Notes: a model not told the origin generated them from the sequence alone. A stretch of 64,000 nucleotides of DNA from Eledone cirrhosa (GCA_964016885.1 OZ024742.1:65348001-65412000); one strand, 5' to 3'. Positions 11,561-25,030 are shown, counted from the first letter of the stretch. A program made the numbers and translations.

Positions 11561-11614
11561 TCCGCATTTAATAGTGGTACCGGTTTCAGCATTATATGCT
11601 TTTTCAACTGCGGA
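11561..11614 (-). ncRNA. Variant hammerhead-like motif (TTGAAAA core)
   Basis: Reverse complement reads CCGCAG TTGAAAA AGCA-tataa-TGCT GAAA CCGG TA ..TGCGG. A similar motif lies at 34745-34781(-). Confidence 0.4.
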
Positions 11615-12323
11615 TATGCATACTGTAGTTATGTTGCATATTTATACGAATGATAAAAAAGGGAAGAAAAATTATTAGTTTTTACATACATATTTAGAGA
11701 GGAAGGTTTATATCTCTGTTCGTGTTTGTCCTTCCTTCTCTGTTAAACCCCAAAAGTATCATCTAACATATTGAAAATTCTTTAAATGGAACAGTGAACT
11801 TATTTAAAGATTTTCCAATGTTGAGCATGTAACTTTTGTTGAAGTCTAAATTCTAATGTCGAAGATTTCTTTTATAGAGTAAATTTAAAGTGTACCATAG
11901 AAAAATATACATCCGTTTCGTGCGAACACACACACACACACACACACAAACGCGTTGGTCTTCCGTCGGATCCGACGATGTCTAGTTGTTTGATCAATGA
12001 AATAACTTGCTCGTAAAATATACTTGAAAGTGTCTGAGTATTTCACTTACATCGTTCTCAGGAAGATTCAGCATGACAGTGTTTCATACGACAGGCACAA
12101 CTCAATTTTGTCAGCTGTCTGGGCACACAATAATCTAAACACAGTAACTAATAGACCGCGCAGCACGGTATCTCATATACACACACACAAATAAGACCAG
12201 CAAGATATTTGAGAAAAAAAAGAAAAGAAAAAAAGCCAAAAAAATCAATACAAAAATATAACATTCTACAGACCCAAATCCGAACTCATAATCTCTTAAA
12301 ACCAATTCTGTTCACAGCAAATT

Positions 12324-12356
12324 ACTTACCTGAAAGAGAAAGAAAAATAAAATTGT
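12324..12356 (-). promoter_or_regulatory. Candidate recursive splice site (zero-length exon, AG|GT)
   Basis: Minus strand reads CAATTTTATTTTTCTTTCTCTTTCAG|GTAAGT: a long polypyrimidine tract and CAG abutting a consensus 5' splice site. Confidence 0.6.
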
Positions 12357-12455
12357 AAAAGCATATACGGTGTTATTGTTATACAATATATATATATATA
12401 TAGAATGGTACACACATAAAATGATGAAGAACATGTGAGGAATAGTATAGAATAC

Positions 12456-12531
<76 letters not shown>

Positions 12532-12637
12532 ATTTGAATGGATACAGTTTAGTTGAAAGGAATTTATTGACACGTGTTTCTATAACAGTTACATAACCTA
12601 AAACAGCTACTATCTACAAACTTTTAGTTATGCAGAC

Positions 12638-12682
12638 ATTCAATATTTCAATGTTATTATTTACTGTCATTTCATCAGAATA
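12638..12682 (-). ncRNA. Degenerate hammerhead-like motif
   Basis: Reverse complement reads TATT CTGATGA AATG-14nt-CATT GAAA TATT GAAT. Stems I and III are atypical. Confidence 0.35.
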
Positions 12683-13235
12683 ATATTACTGAGGACCTAT
12701 TTAGTTTTTATAGAGAATATTAGGAGGGAGGGGTGAAGTTGTTAGAAGAATAGTTGAAGGAGTGGTTTTTCGATAGCAGTGAGAATTCTTGGTGGCAGTG
12801 AGTAATTAGATTCCCATCTGTTGTTTTGACATTTTTTATAGAATATATTATTGGTTATTTTTCTAAATCTATAGAAGGATTAGAGATAGTAAAGATATGC
12901 GTGGTTGGTTTTGTGTTTGCACTTAATTAACATTCAGACTTAAATTTTTCTTTCAAGTGTACGTATCCTTTCACCCACGCATTCACAAACAAATATATTT
13001 GCACACCTCTACAAAATACATATACTCACAATTCACATATTCATACTTACATATATATACACATGCATACACATATATATACACACATGTATTCATGTAC
13101 ATACATACGCGCTCATGTGTATACATTTTCATACTCAACTTATCTTTATATACACACGTATAGACACACACATATATACATACATACTCTAGTCCATGTG
13201 TACACACATACACATACATACACATCCATATACAC

Positions 13236-13310
<75 letters not shown>

Positions 13311-13420
13311 CACTTTAATACATGAATACACTTACATCTAACTATACACATCAAACATATATATATATTTACTTATTTATATACATTTTCACATATATAT
13401 ACATACTTATGGACGTTTTT

Positions 13421-13600
13421 AGACACATTCATTATCGCATATTTGTACCTATTCTCATCAGCATATCTTTCCATTATTAGTGTGGTAATTTAAGGTTATT
13501 AATATATGTTGAGAAGAGATTGTTTTTATATTTTTCTAACTAGATTAAGGTTTATATAGTTGGGGGATGTCCCTCTTTTATGTAATATTCGGCTTGTAGT
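13421..13600 (-). mobile_element. Probable Penelope-like element 3' remnant
   Basis: The minus-strand peptide RILHKRGTSPNYINL resembles the GIY-YIG C-terminus of PLEs (I..L.T..P.G.N). Downstream is a decayed hammerhead: AGATATG CTGATGA GAATA..TATGC GATA..TGTGTCT (13421-13468). Confidence 0.4.
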
Positions 13601-13876
13601 GGGAAAAAAAAAATATATATGTGTGTGTGTGTGTGTGTGTGAAAAAGATATGATATACATACATACGAGACATATGACATCAATGCCACAAAAAAAACAA
13701 AACAAAAAAAAACAATAACACATGATAAGATCAACGTTAATGTTCCTAGGATAACATTCAGAGAAATGTAGATATTTTAAACGTTTCCGGTGTAGGTTCT
13801 TCGTCGGAAAAATAGGGAGTAAAAAGACAAAGAAAAGTACGAGATTTTGAAGAAAAAAGTTTGTAAATATGTTGAG

Positions 13877-13919
<43 letters not shown>

Positions 13920-14584
13920 AATACATACATACAATATATATGAAGAGAGAAAGAGAGAGTAGCAGAGGAATCATTTACTATAGTCTCCGATGTATATTTT
14001 TATATTTTACGTAATACAATAATAGGCCACTAAACCACAAATGGAGAATGAGAGAGTGAGTGGCAATAGGAGAATTTAAAGGAAAGTCCGTTTATCAGCC
14101 AGCCACTATCTGTAACGAAGACAGTTTCCCACTTTCTCTTTTTGACCCCCCCCCCCCCCACAAACACGCACAGACAAACATTGTACATCTTAGTATACTT
14201 CTTTTGCTGTTAGAAGTCGGTTTCAGATAGGTTGGTATCAAAAGATTTTTAGAGAGAGCCTCTGTGAGGTGGTTATAAAAATTCGTTTATTGCCTACAAT
14301 AATGTGACATAGAACAAGATTATAAGATGATTTTATTACATAAGCTCTTCTCCGCGGCAATGCCTTCACAATTTTGTCCACAAGCTGCAGCTGAGATATA
14401 CCGCCTTTGCTGGTCAGTAGAGTCTGCGCCCCACCATTCCATTACTTTCATTATCAAATGCTTTTCTCTCTTTTTTCCCCCATCGTTTGAGTATGCAAAC
14501 ATCAATGAATTGTAAATTTATTTTTAAAATATAATTTATAAAAATAAATGACTTAAGTTTTGCTGCAAACACCAGATTAATAAT

Positions 14585-14799
14585 TGTTTCTACAATAGGC
14601 ACAATGCCAGCAATTTTGAAGGAGACAAAAGTCGATTAAATCGACCCCAGTGCATTACTGGTGCTTAATTTTATCGGCCTCGTAAGGATGAAAGGCAAAG
14701 CTGACCTTGGCGGGATTTGAACTCAGACCATAAAGGCCATAACTCTATGCTGAAAATCAGTGTCCGACGCTCTACCTATACTGCCAATCCACCGCTCTA
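14585..14799 (-). mobile_element. Family A SINE (full length)
   Basis: Complete reverse complement including the head CTGCCAATCCACCGC. Flanked by AACACCAG(A/C)TTAATAAT repeats. Confidence 0.9.
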
Positions 14800-14816
14800 A
14801 ACACCAGCTTAATAAT

Positions 14817-14953
14817 GATTTCTACTATAGGTACAAGGCCAGCAATTTTGGGGAGGAGCAAATCGATTAAATCGACACCAGTGCATTACTGGTGCTTTAT
14901 TATAGACCCTGTAAGGACGAAAGGCAAACCTAATCTCGGTGGGATTTGAACTC
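14817..14953 (-). mobile_element. Family A SINE (5'-truncated)
   Basis: Tail, core and B-box only. Flanked by AACACCAGCTTAATAAT at 14800 and 14954. Confidence 0.9.
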
Positions 14954-15372
14954 AACACCAGCTTAATAATAAAATCTATCAAACAATTCAGATAAAATAG
15001 TTATTGCCTTTTTTTCGACTTATTTGAGGATAAGAAATCAAATGAAATGTTCTTACATGTATATATGTTTAAATTCTTTTCTTATTTTAGTGATTAGGCT
15101 GTGGCCACGCTTGGGCACCACAACCAAGAGTTTTCATCAATCATATTGACCCCAATATTTTATTTTATCGACATTTATCAAAAGTCATAAAGAGATGGTG
15201 AGAAAGAGAGAGATAAATAGATATATAGATAGAGAAGATTAATTTTTTTTTTTTACCAATAATTTATTTTTGATCTTTATTCAAAATCTGTTTTCTGAAT
15301 ATTTATTATGGAAAATTTCCAGGTACCATATTTGCAAAATCAGAAATGAAATAGCTAAGCCATTTAGGAGCC

Positions 15373-15470
<98 letters not shown>

Positions 15471-16330
15471 TGTGTGTGTGTGAGTGTGTGTGCGCGTGTG
15501 TGTGTTTGATATTATTAAAATGTCAATAATTCTGCAATTACTGCCAAATATAATTGCTCGCGTGCAACAATCTTGTATAAACGCAAAGAAACGTAATGAA
15601 ACCTTAGACCTCGTCCAAGTTTTTAATTTTGTCATCTTCCTACAAATGCAGAGCGAAGTATTTAAAGTGTCAAGAAATATTACAATAGACGTTATAGGGT
15701 TAAACATGTCGTGCTAATTAATTACATCCATTTATATTCTGAGTTTAAAATCTTTTATTTTCCAATGGGAGGAGATGGCTGACGAAATATGAGAGAGGGA
15801 GAGTGGAGAGTAAGGGGGAAGTGAGGGGAGGAGAGAGAGGAAGGGGAAAGAGAGAGAAGGAGATAGATGTATATATATATATATATTTAGAGAGAGAGAA
15901 AGAGTTTGTATGATGTACAAATGACATATATGTGGTTTTCAACTAACGTGAAGTAATATCACGAACAATAACAATAACAATAAGTGCCATAATAATATAG
16001 AATTACTGTAATTATGCAGAAGTGAATCTGAAAGCTAAAGATTTACATTGACTTTGATGATGATTTAAAAGACAACACGGCGAGTAAAAAAAAAAAAGAT
16101 GACAACTTTCTCAAATCACAACTACCACAGCCAAATCAGCCTTTCTTTACCCCTTCCTCCTTTTTTCATTATTTAATTTTGTTATCTTTTTTTTAAAAAT
16201 ATTTCCATTGTTGTATAACTTCAACCTGCAAAATATAGTTGACATATGTTTATGTATAGCAGATAATAATTAAAAAGATTACCAAAGAAAATGTCACTTT
16301 GGATAACATATTTCAAGATTTGCTTTAATT

Positions 16331-16499
16331 CAGACCTGCCAACCTCTAAAAACCCAAACGGGGAGTGCCATGAAAAAAAGTGCCCTAAAACGGGGAGAAA
16401 TGAGACAAAATGGGAAGATTTTACATAATGAAAGCTATACTCATTTTCACAAAATGGTTGGGAGATCTCCCTGTCGGACGGGGAGAGTTGACAGGTCTG
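16331..16499. mobile_element. MITE with hAT-like TIRs
   Basis: CAGACCTGCCAAC..GTTGACAGGTCTG termini and internal CGGGGAG motifs. No clear TSD. Confidence 0.6.
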
Positions 16500-16744
16500 A
16501 TAATGTAGTTGTTCTATATATAATCGTTGAAGACATTGGGTGACTACATCTAAGGATAGACATAAGCATGTTGCAGGACAGTAATACTTCATATAACTAC
16601 TGTTAGGGAATTCTAATGTATGTGTTAGTTTTGGATATTTTTTATTCATGTTTTCCAAGTCGTACCTAATTCTTTTTTTTTGTCTATCCAACAACAACAA
16701 CTACTGTCACTACTAGTAGTAAGGAAGAAGTAGTAGTAGTAGTA

Positions 16745-16956
16745 ATGATTTCTACTATAGGCACAAGGCCAGTCAATTTGGGCGAAAGGCAAAGTTGATT
16801 AAATTGACCCCAGTGCATCACTGTGATTTATTTTATTGACCCCGTAAGGATGAAAGGCAAAGTTAACCTCGGTGGGATTCGAACCAGACCGTAAATGGTC
16901 GTAATTCTGTGAAGCAAAGCATGGCGTTCGACCCTCTACCGATATTGCCAATCCAC
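16745..16956 (-). mobile_element. Family A SINE
   Basis: Full reverse complement match with an (AGT)n tail side. Confidence 0.9.
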
Positions 16957-17639
16957 ATAATAATAATAACAAAAACAACAAATTTTGAAGAAAAGTCTTC
17001 TTTATTTCTGTTGTGTGCTGTAAAGCATATCAGTTCGTCTACTTGAAGAGGATGTTAACCCTCTCACTCGTCTACATTATTGATTTAGATATTTGAAAGG
17101 CGTCGCTCCAGGATGGCTATGGTCCAATGCCAATAAAGCAATATAGCCTCTCCTGTAGCTCCCGCTAAACCAATACTCTGTGAGTAGAATTTGATTGGCG
17201 GAAATTGTGCAGAGTCTGATACACACATGCACATACACTCAAAGCTGAGCCGTCGAGTTGCTACTCAGCGTTTCCCGTTGCCTATCCTTAGGCGACTAGA
17301 TATTCATGCAAGGAGCTGCTGAAATAGACCGTTGGTTATAGATAGCTGTGGGAGGGGGAATTCTACTCAGGAGGGTGGAATTCTACTCAGCCCTATGTAC
17401 TAGTCTAAAATAAATTCTAGGGTTGTTAGAATCTACTAAAGATCTTTGAAGGTTGTTCCCAATTGGCTGCAAACCAACGACTGAAAACCACTACACAGAT
17501 AAAAGAGTAAACACACCATTGCATCAATAATGACTGCAATAGCGCTGAACGTATTTAATTTTTGGAGTCTAGGATTGGTAACCATATATACTAAGATTAC
17601 CAGATGTATGGGCAATCATACAAATTTGGAAATTTACGT

Positions 17640-17870
17640 GTTGATACAATTAATGGTGTGTAATAGAGAGACTATAATTTATGTTGATTACTGACACATG
17701 GAAGTATTTAAAGATAAGAATGATATTTTAATAATTTATTTCTAGGATATAATTACATAATTGTTCAGTATATATGTACAAATGACAGAGGATTAAATGT
17801 ATGAGTAACTTTAGAGAAATAACTATTTCTTAGAACTCAGGACCTTGTGATTGGAAAGCGAATTTCTCGT
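17640..17870. repeat. Dispersed repeat shared with 44195-44445
   Basis: GTTCAGTATATATGTACAAATG..GAGTAACTTT.GAGAAATAACTATTT..TTAGAAC.CAGGACCTTGTGATTGGAAAGC occurs at both loci. Confidence 0.7.
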
Positions 17871-18096
17871 TGTAGCAACATGACTGAGAGCTTGTTCCTT
17901 CAGCCTTGCAATGTAACCACATACACAATCACACACTCGCTAGCCAGCCTTACTGGGATCGGCACTAGCTGAGATCGTTACCAACACAAGTTAGTAAATA
18001 TTACTACATTTGCACACAAAGCATACTGCATTTTACGTGCATCTTTTTCCGTTGTTCATTGCTGCACATGATTTTGGGATAAATCATGTTTTAGAT

Positions 18097-18554
18097 CAGT
18101 GCTTCTCAAACTATCTGATGTGGCGGACCGGCATTTTTTTGTTCAATGTGCCACGTACCGCTAATATTTCGTAGTAATCATGCTTTCTAGCATAGTTACG
18201 TCCCTTTACATTCTGAGTTCAAATCTCGCCGAGGTTAACTTTGCCTTTCATCCTTACGAGATCGATAAAATAAAGTACCAGTAATGCACTGGGTAATTGC
18301 TGGCCTTGTGCCAAAAAGTAGAAACAATTAATTTATATCGGAAACGATATATATAATGAATATAATAATAGTTGACCATTTTTTTATCTTCTATTTATTT
18401 TGTAAACAAATAATACACTATCAAAACATATAAAAAAGTAATAAAGAAATTCCTCAAATGATTCCTTAGCATGGCTTGGACAGTGGCCGCGTACCGGTAG
18501 CTGATAGCTCGCGTACCGGCACCGGTCCGCGGACCACCACTTTGAGTAGCATTG
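18097..18554. mobile_element. hAT (Charlie-like) MITE with nested SINE
   Basis: TIRs CAGTGCTTCTCAAA / TTTGAGTAGCATTG. 8-bp TSD TTTTAGAT at 18089-18096 and 18555-18562. Subterminal GTACCGG/GGACCGG motifs. Confidence 0.88.
18178..18332 (+). mobile_element. Family A SINE (5'-truncated) inside the hAT MITE
   Basis: B-box, core and tail match family A. Confidence 0.88.
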
Positions 18555-18681
18555 TTTTAGATAAAAGCATTAAAATTAGCGGTGTCTTGTTCATTTGTTA
18601 ATTCCCATCTGTGGTATAGGAAAAATCATCTTCACACCACAACAAGCTGAGACTCACTGAGACTAACAAGCTACTCACACT

Positions 18682-18834
18682 GCAGTGTCGGTAGAAGGCC
18701 GGACACCATGTTTTGCAGCACAGAGTTCAAATCCCGCCGAGGTTAACTTTGCTTTTCATCCTAACGGGGTCGAGAAAATAAAGCACCAGTAATGTACTGG
18801 GATATTTGCTGGCTTTGTGCCAAAAGTAGAAACA

Positions 18835-18870
<36 letters not shown>
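18682..18870 (+). mobile_element. Family A SINE with (CTA)n tail
   Basis: Head, B-box, core and tail are present; internal deletion before the B-box. Confidence 0.85.
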
Positions 18871-18871
<1 letters not shown>

Positions 18872-19190
18872 ATGAACAAATTCATCTGACAACCAAATCA
18901 ATCCCAAAATAACATACACCGTCTCTAAATATATACATATATACACAAACACACGTGTTATGATGGTTAATGATGTATATAAATATGAGTTTAAAAAGTT
19001 TATTTCATCTGTTAATATTCGCAATGTAGGGACAAACACAATCCCCCCCCCCCCCACACACACGTTAACTAATTTATACATCTCCCACACACTCTTAGCT
19101 AACATATGCGCTCACGCACACATTAGTTAACGTACGCACACACGTTAGCTAACGTACACACACTGACACGCATATACACACACTAGCTAA

Positions 19191-19225
<35 letters not shown>

Positions 19226-19262
19226 CGTTAGTTAACGTACATACACTCTGTAGCTACCGTAT

Positions 19263-19304
<42 letters not shown>

Positions 19305-19598
19305 ACGTACACATATGTCCTCCCCTTCCAGACTAAAACCACACGCTAACCACATTACACGGGACTAACATTAAAAAGAAGCGCTTTTACTCCATTTCTT
19401 AAAGAAAACTTTTATTCAAACTAACAAAGGCAACTACTAACCAGTTATACTGGCTGCCACCACCACCCCCTCTTTAACTACTACAACAACGATATGCATA
19501 GTCTCCCACCACCACCACCTCCCCAAATTAACTTCTGTTTTCTACAATTCACCATTCCAATTCTGCTGGTGGTGTAGAAACAAAGACAGACAGACACA

Positions 19599-20126
<528 letters not shown>

Positions 20127-20374
20127 TCACATCTTAAAATAGTATTGTTCAGCAGAAAATAAATTCCATTTTTCTAAAATTGTGGAATGTTGATCGAAAA
20201 TGGTGATTTCTTGATTAATTCTTAGTTGTGATTGATTGTCATTTCAGAGAATGGTTTTCACTTAATTTCCTGACTTGCCAAATTCCATCAACTCCTCCAC
20301 TCTTATGATAAAGAATATTATTATTACTAATATCATCATCATGATTATTATAAGTCTTGCAGTTGCTGCAGCTA

Positions 20375-20825
20375 GGCAGTATCGGTAGAGGGTCAGACGC
20401 CATGCTTTGCAGCAAAGAGTTACGGCCCTTTATGGCATGAGTTCAAATCCCGCCGAGATTAACTTTGCCTTTCATCCTTACGGAGTCGATAAAATAAAGT
20501 ACCAGTAATACACTGGGATAATTGCTGGCCTTGTGCCAAAAGTAGAAACAATTATTAGGGCTGTAGATTGGTAGAAACGGTAGAGCGTCGGACAATATGC
20601 TTTGCGACACAGAGTTACGGCCCGTTATGTCCTGAGTTCAAATACCGCCGAGGTTAGCTTTGCCTTTCAACCTTACTGGGTCGATAAAATAAAGTACCAG
20701 TAACGCACTGGTGTCGATTTAATCGACTTTTCCCTCTCCCCCCAAAATGCTGGCCTGGTGCCTAAATCAGAAACCATTATTATTATCATATTAGGCGGTG
20801 GATTGGCAGTATCGGCAGACCCTCG
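20375..20825 (+). mobile_element. Head-to-tail family A SINE train (two full copies plus a third head)
   Basis: Copies at about 20375-20557 and 20560-20790. The head GGCGGTGGATTGGCAGTATCGG at 20794-20816 abuts the RTE LINE. Confidence 0.88.
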
Positions 20826-22436
20826 TATAGCATGTGTCGCAGAAGACAATCCGCCGACTTGGTAATAAGAAGTCATCCTCCACACATGCTATCAGGAATG
20901 CATCTAGGATTCTTCTCTCTTCAGAAAGGTGCATTCTTACGAAGCGGGGAGAATACTTTGCTGATCTCCTAAACCCGCCCACAACAGCATCTTCTGAGGC
21001 CACAAAAGCAATTAAAGATCTAAAATGTGGTAAGGCCGCTGGGGAAGATGAAATTCGGCCCGAGATGTTAAAAGCCTTAAATAAACATGTTATTCTCTGG
21101 CTGACTCGGGTGTGTCGCGTGGCCTGTATCTCTGGCAAGGCACGAAAGCAATGGCAATCAGGAGTGATAATCCCAATTTTCAAAAAGGGAGACAAGAGAG
21201 ATTGTTCTAATTACAGAGAGATCTCTTTGTTAAGCCGCCCTGGTAAAGTCTATACTAAGTGTCTGGCAAAGAGATGTAGGGATATTATCAAGTCCAAGCT
21301 AGCTGATGAACAGTGTGGTTTTCGCCCCGGATGTAGCACAGCCGACCAAATCTTCACTGCAGCAGGTCTTTGAGAAATCGTGGGAGTACTGCCGTGTTCC
21401 ATGAGACCTGCTGTGGATGGTTCTGAGGGAATGTGTCAGCTCCTTGCTGCCCTGATGTCTCTATACGAATGCTCTAATATGTGGTCGGATAAATGGTGCT
21501 AAATCGAAACCATTCAATATGAGAGTCGGACTCCGCCAAGGGAGCATACTGTCACCTCTCCTGTTCATTATTTTCATGAACAAGATGGACATGCACAGCC
21601 GGGTTGGAAGTGGTATCATGACTGGCGGTTGTAAAATCAATCGACTGGAGTTTGCAGACGACATGATGTTACTTAACTTGACAGAAGGTGATCTCCGACT
21701 TGCCGATAGGTTTGATGCCAAGTGTTGCATGGCTGGAATGAAAATCAGCGCTGCGAAAATTGAGACACTCGTCCTCACAAGGAAGCCTGCGCAGTGCACT
21801 ACATATGAATGGAATTCCATTGAAGCAGAAGGAGAAGTTCAAATATTTCAGTGCCATGTTCACGAGTGATGGAAGGTAGGAGGCTGAATTAAGCGCAAGA
21901 ATTGCTGGAGCTGGCGCGCCAGCTTCAGCATCCGGTAATCAGAAGAAGGCAGGTAAGTACAAAAGTCAAACTCGCTATCTTCGATTCGGTATTCGTGCCA
22001 ACCCTTACCTATGGTCATGAATCGTGGGTAATAGCCGAAAGAATACGATCGCGAGTACAAGTGGCCGAAATAGGGTTACTCCGAAGGGTCTGTGGAGTAA
22101 CGTTACTCAATAGAATGCGTAGCTCGATGATCAGAGAGTCGCTCCAGGTAAAGCAGCTACTTCTCCGAATGGAGACAACACAGCTCCGATACTAACGGCA
22201 TGTGGTTAAAATGTTTCAGGAACGAGTCGCTAGACAGATGTTACGGGCAAAACCAGCCGTCTCAGTTGAAATCGGTTGCTTCTGACAAGACCCGCTGGAT
22301 GGAGTGTTTAAGGACCCAGCCTCCACAAACCTCTCAAGAAGAAAAAGAAAAAGAAAAAGAAAAAGAAAAAGAAAAAGAAAAAGAAAAAGAAAAAGAAAAA
22401 GAAAAAGAAAAAGAAAAAGAAAAAAAAGAAAAAAGA
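20826..22436 (+). mobile_element. 5'-truncated, decayed RTE-clade LINE (Expander/Rex3-like RT)
   Basis: Peptides KAAGEDEIRPEML, IPIFKKGDKRDCSNYREISLLSRPGKVY, EQCGFRPG, GLRQGSILSPLLF, LEFADD and LTYGHESW, broken by frameshifts. (GAAAAA)n 3' tail at about 22340-22436. Confidence 0.93.
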
Positions 22437-23489
22437 ATAAATGATATATTTCATTAGAAATACATTAACAAAAAATCTAACCCCACGATCTGGCCCTTGA
22501 CTGCCTAAAGTAGAGTTTATCCTGCTGCAAGCATTTGGTTCAGGTTTCCGAGGAATATTTCTACCCATCAGTCTCGGATGCCATGAAAAGTAAAAAACAA
22601 AGGGTGATGAATGCTACCCCTCTCCCCGGACTAAAGAGTAATAAACATCACACCATCACTGCACAAGCCAACGAGAGAACCTTGACGTAGTAGCTAGATC
22701 TACTTGAAATACAAGACATATATATCACTCACCCTGGGTAATGTGGTCCTGTAGTGCTGGGTCTTCTACAAATAGGAAAGAGAAAGGATGATGACGGATA
22801 GAATACCTTTGATCATATATGTGCTCAATCGGGGCCGACCTAGGGCTAAGCAACAGCTATCACTGCATCTCTAGAAGACAGCTACATTACAATGCCACCA
22901 CAAAAAACTCAATCATCATACCTTCGCGACCTCAACCCCCCACTAACACCACTACATTATTATACTGGAACCACCACAACCGCTAGCAGTACTATACTAC
23001 GGCAGCCACTATGTCTTTACGACTGGCACTACCAACACCATTACATTACAATTTCACCACCACAACCACCATACAGCTACGACAACCACAATACAGCCAC
23101 CACCATCACCACACTTTAGTGCCAACACCGCAATCACGAAACCAACACAACCATCGCCATCAGCAACATAAGAAACATTACACAATGTCACCACCACCAT
23201 CACTATATCATTACTAATCCACAACGATAATATCACAACCCTGACACTACCACCACCTCCACCAACAATACCACCGTCGCCATCACTTCTACTACGTCTG
23301 TGTTTCCATAAAAACCAGCGACGCCAGATTGTAATTAAGTTGTAATTAAGTTAATTATAGCAGCTTGAAGCAAATAGCAACATCTGACATTGAACTTTTA
23401 ACCTCCGCGACCTTACTCTACTTACACCCTTTCACCGTTATTTCTGCTATCTTTTGTTACAGTGTCTGACTGTGTGAGATCGATTTACG

Positions 23490-23740
23490 GCGGAGTGTTA
23501 TGTCCTCGAACATGGCAATTCATTTCACATTGCTTCAGCCTACTTAGCTGGAAAAAAGGGGTTGTCCTGTAATTCAAAGGGTCAGCCTTGTCACACTGTG
23601 ACACACTGAATCTCCCCGAGAACTACATTAAGCGTACACGTGTCTGTAGAATGCTCAGCCACCTGCACATTAATTTCATGAGCACACTATTCCGTTGTTC
23701 AAACAAAGGAAATAGTTGTCGAAGGAACCGACGGAAGCCC
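23490..23740 (+). mobile_element. Family B SINE fragment
   Basis: Reverse complement of the 27334-27668 body (GTGTTATGTCCTCGAAC..CAGCCTTGTCACAC..GAATCTCCCCGAGAACTAC..AACCGACGGA). Confidence 0.75.
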
Positions 23741-23780
23741 AACAACAACATGGCTGCAGGGAATGTTATTATTTAGCCCC

Positions 23781-24001
23781 GGGGGGGTGGTGGATTGGCA
23801 GTATCGGTAGAGCGTCGGACAACATGCTTTACAGCATAGAGTTATGGCCCTTTACGGCCTGAGTTCAAATCCCGCCGAGGTTAGCTTTATTCTTTCATCT
23901 TTACGGGATCGATAAAATAAAGCACCAGTAATACACTGGCGTCGATTTAATCGACTTTCCCCTTCACCTAAATTGCTGGCCTTGTGCCTAAAGTAGAAAT
24001 C
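23781..24001 (+). mobile_element. Family A SINE with 13-bp TSD
   Basis: ATTATTTAGCCCC at 23768-23780 and 24002-24014. Inserted into a family C repeat. Confidence 0.92.
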
Positions 24002-24251
24002 ATTATTTAGCCCCAAGGCAAATCTAATAGAGCAGATCTATAATGTAAGGTATTCCAGCTGTGAGCATCACGTCTTTTTATGAGTATCTAGGATTACAAT
24101 AACAAATGTGTTCCTTCACTTCTTATTGAACCGCTAAGTTGTGATTTAAGGAATATTTAACTGCTATATGATGCAGATCGAGTGACTGAGTAGAGGCGAG
24201 GCTCCATCGTTAGATTGTTGATGTTTTGGGGGATTATTGTGTTGTTATTAA

Positions 24252-24440
24252 GTGGATTGTCAGTATCGGTGGAGGGTCGGACGCCATGCTTTGCAGTATA
24301 GAGTTACGGCCCATTACGTTCTGAGTTCAAATCCCGCCGAGATTAACTTTGTCTTTTATCCTTACAGGGTCGATAAAATAAAGTACCAGTAATGCATTGA
24401 GATAATTGCTGGCCTTGTACCAAAAGTAGAAACAAATTAT
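24252..24440 (+). mobile_element. Family A SINE
   Basis: Head, B-box, core and tail present. Confidence 0.9.
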
Positions 24441-24810
24441 TCTCAGGAGTTGTTTAACCCTAAGTAAACACTGATCAAATAGATGCATGATAAAAGCTTT
24501 GAGTCATGGCCATCTTATTTTCAAACGATGCCATTCCCTTTTTAATATTGTAAGGTTTGGTTTGAACTTGGCTGCTATTTCTAACAAGTGGAGTGTTAAA
24601 GTATGTCTCTATGCCAGGACATCTGGCATAGGTCGATTGAACTTTTGGGTCAAAACTCGTTATGTATAATTAGTATTTAATGTCTAATTATTTTATATTC
24701 CATTTGCTGATTTATTGATTTACTTATTTATTTTTGTACATGTCTGGGTTCTCTGAAAGGTTAAGAATTCTATAAAGGGATTGATGGTCTAAAAGGTTTG
24801 GGGCTTCTTG

Positions 24811-25030
24811 ACCTATCGGTCACTTTCCGACAGGTTTTCAGTCGAGCACCTAGCAGTGGGGACTTCTGGTGTCCTTGGCCCTAGGGATGCTTCTCTACTC
24901 ACCACCATAAGCGCTGAGCTGGCTAGCCGCAAGTGTGAGCTTCGCGAGAAGGAATAGCTCTTCTAGCGCATCTCCCTTACCCTCCTCCGGAAAAACGCCT
25001 TCTCTATTCTGTCCGCCGGGGCCGTGGGGC
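24811..25030 (+). mobile_element. 3' remnant of an RLE-encoding non-LTR retrotransposon (CRE-like)
   Basis: The frame from 24811 reads TYRSLSDRFSVEHLAVGTSGVLGPRDASLL..REKE*LF*RISLTLLRKNAFSILS. This resembles the KY..L...F.P.AVET.G..G...LFQRIS....RGNA..IL restriction-like endonuclease tail. Two stops interrupt it. Confidence 0.7.

Noticed and set aside
16221-16700. 159-aa minus-strand ORF
   Set aside because: It spans a MITE, has a TTG start and no recognisable domain.
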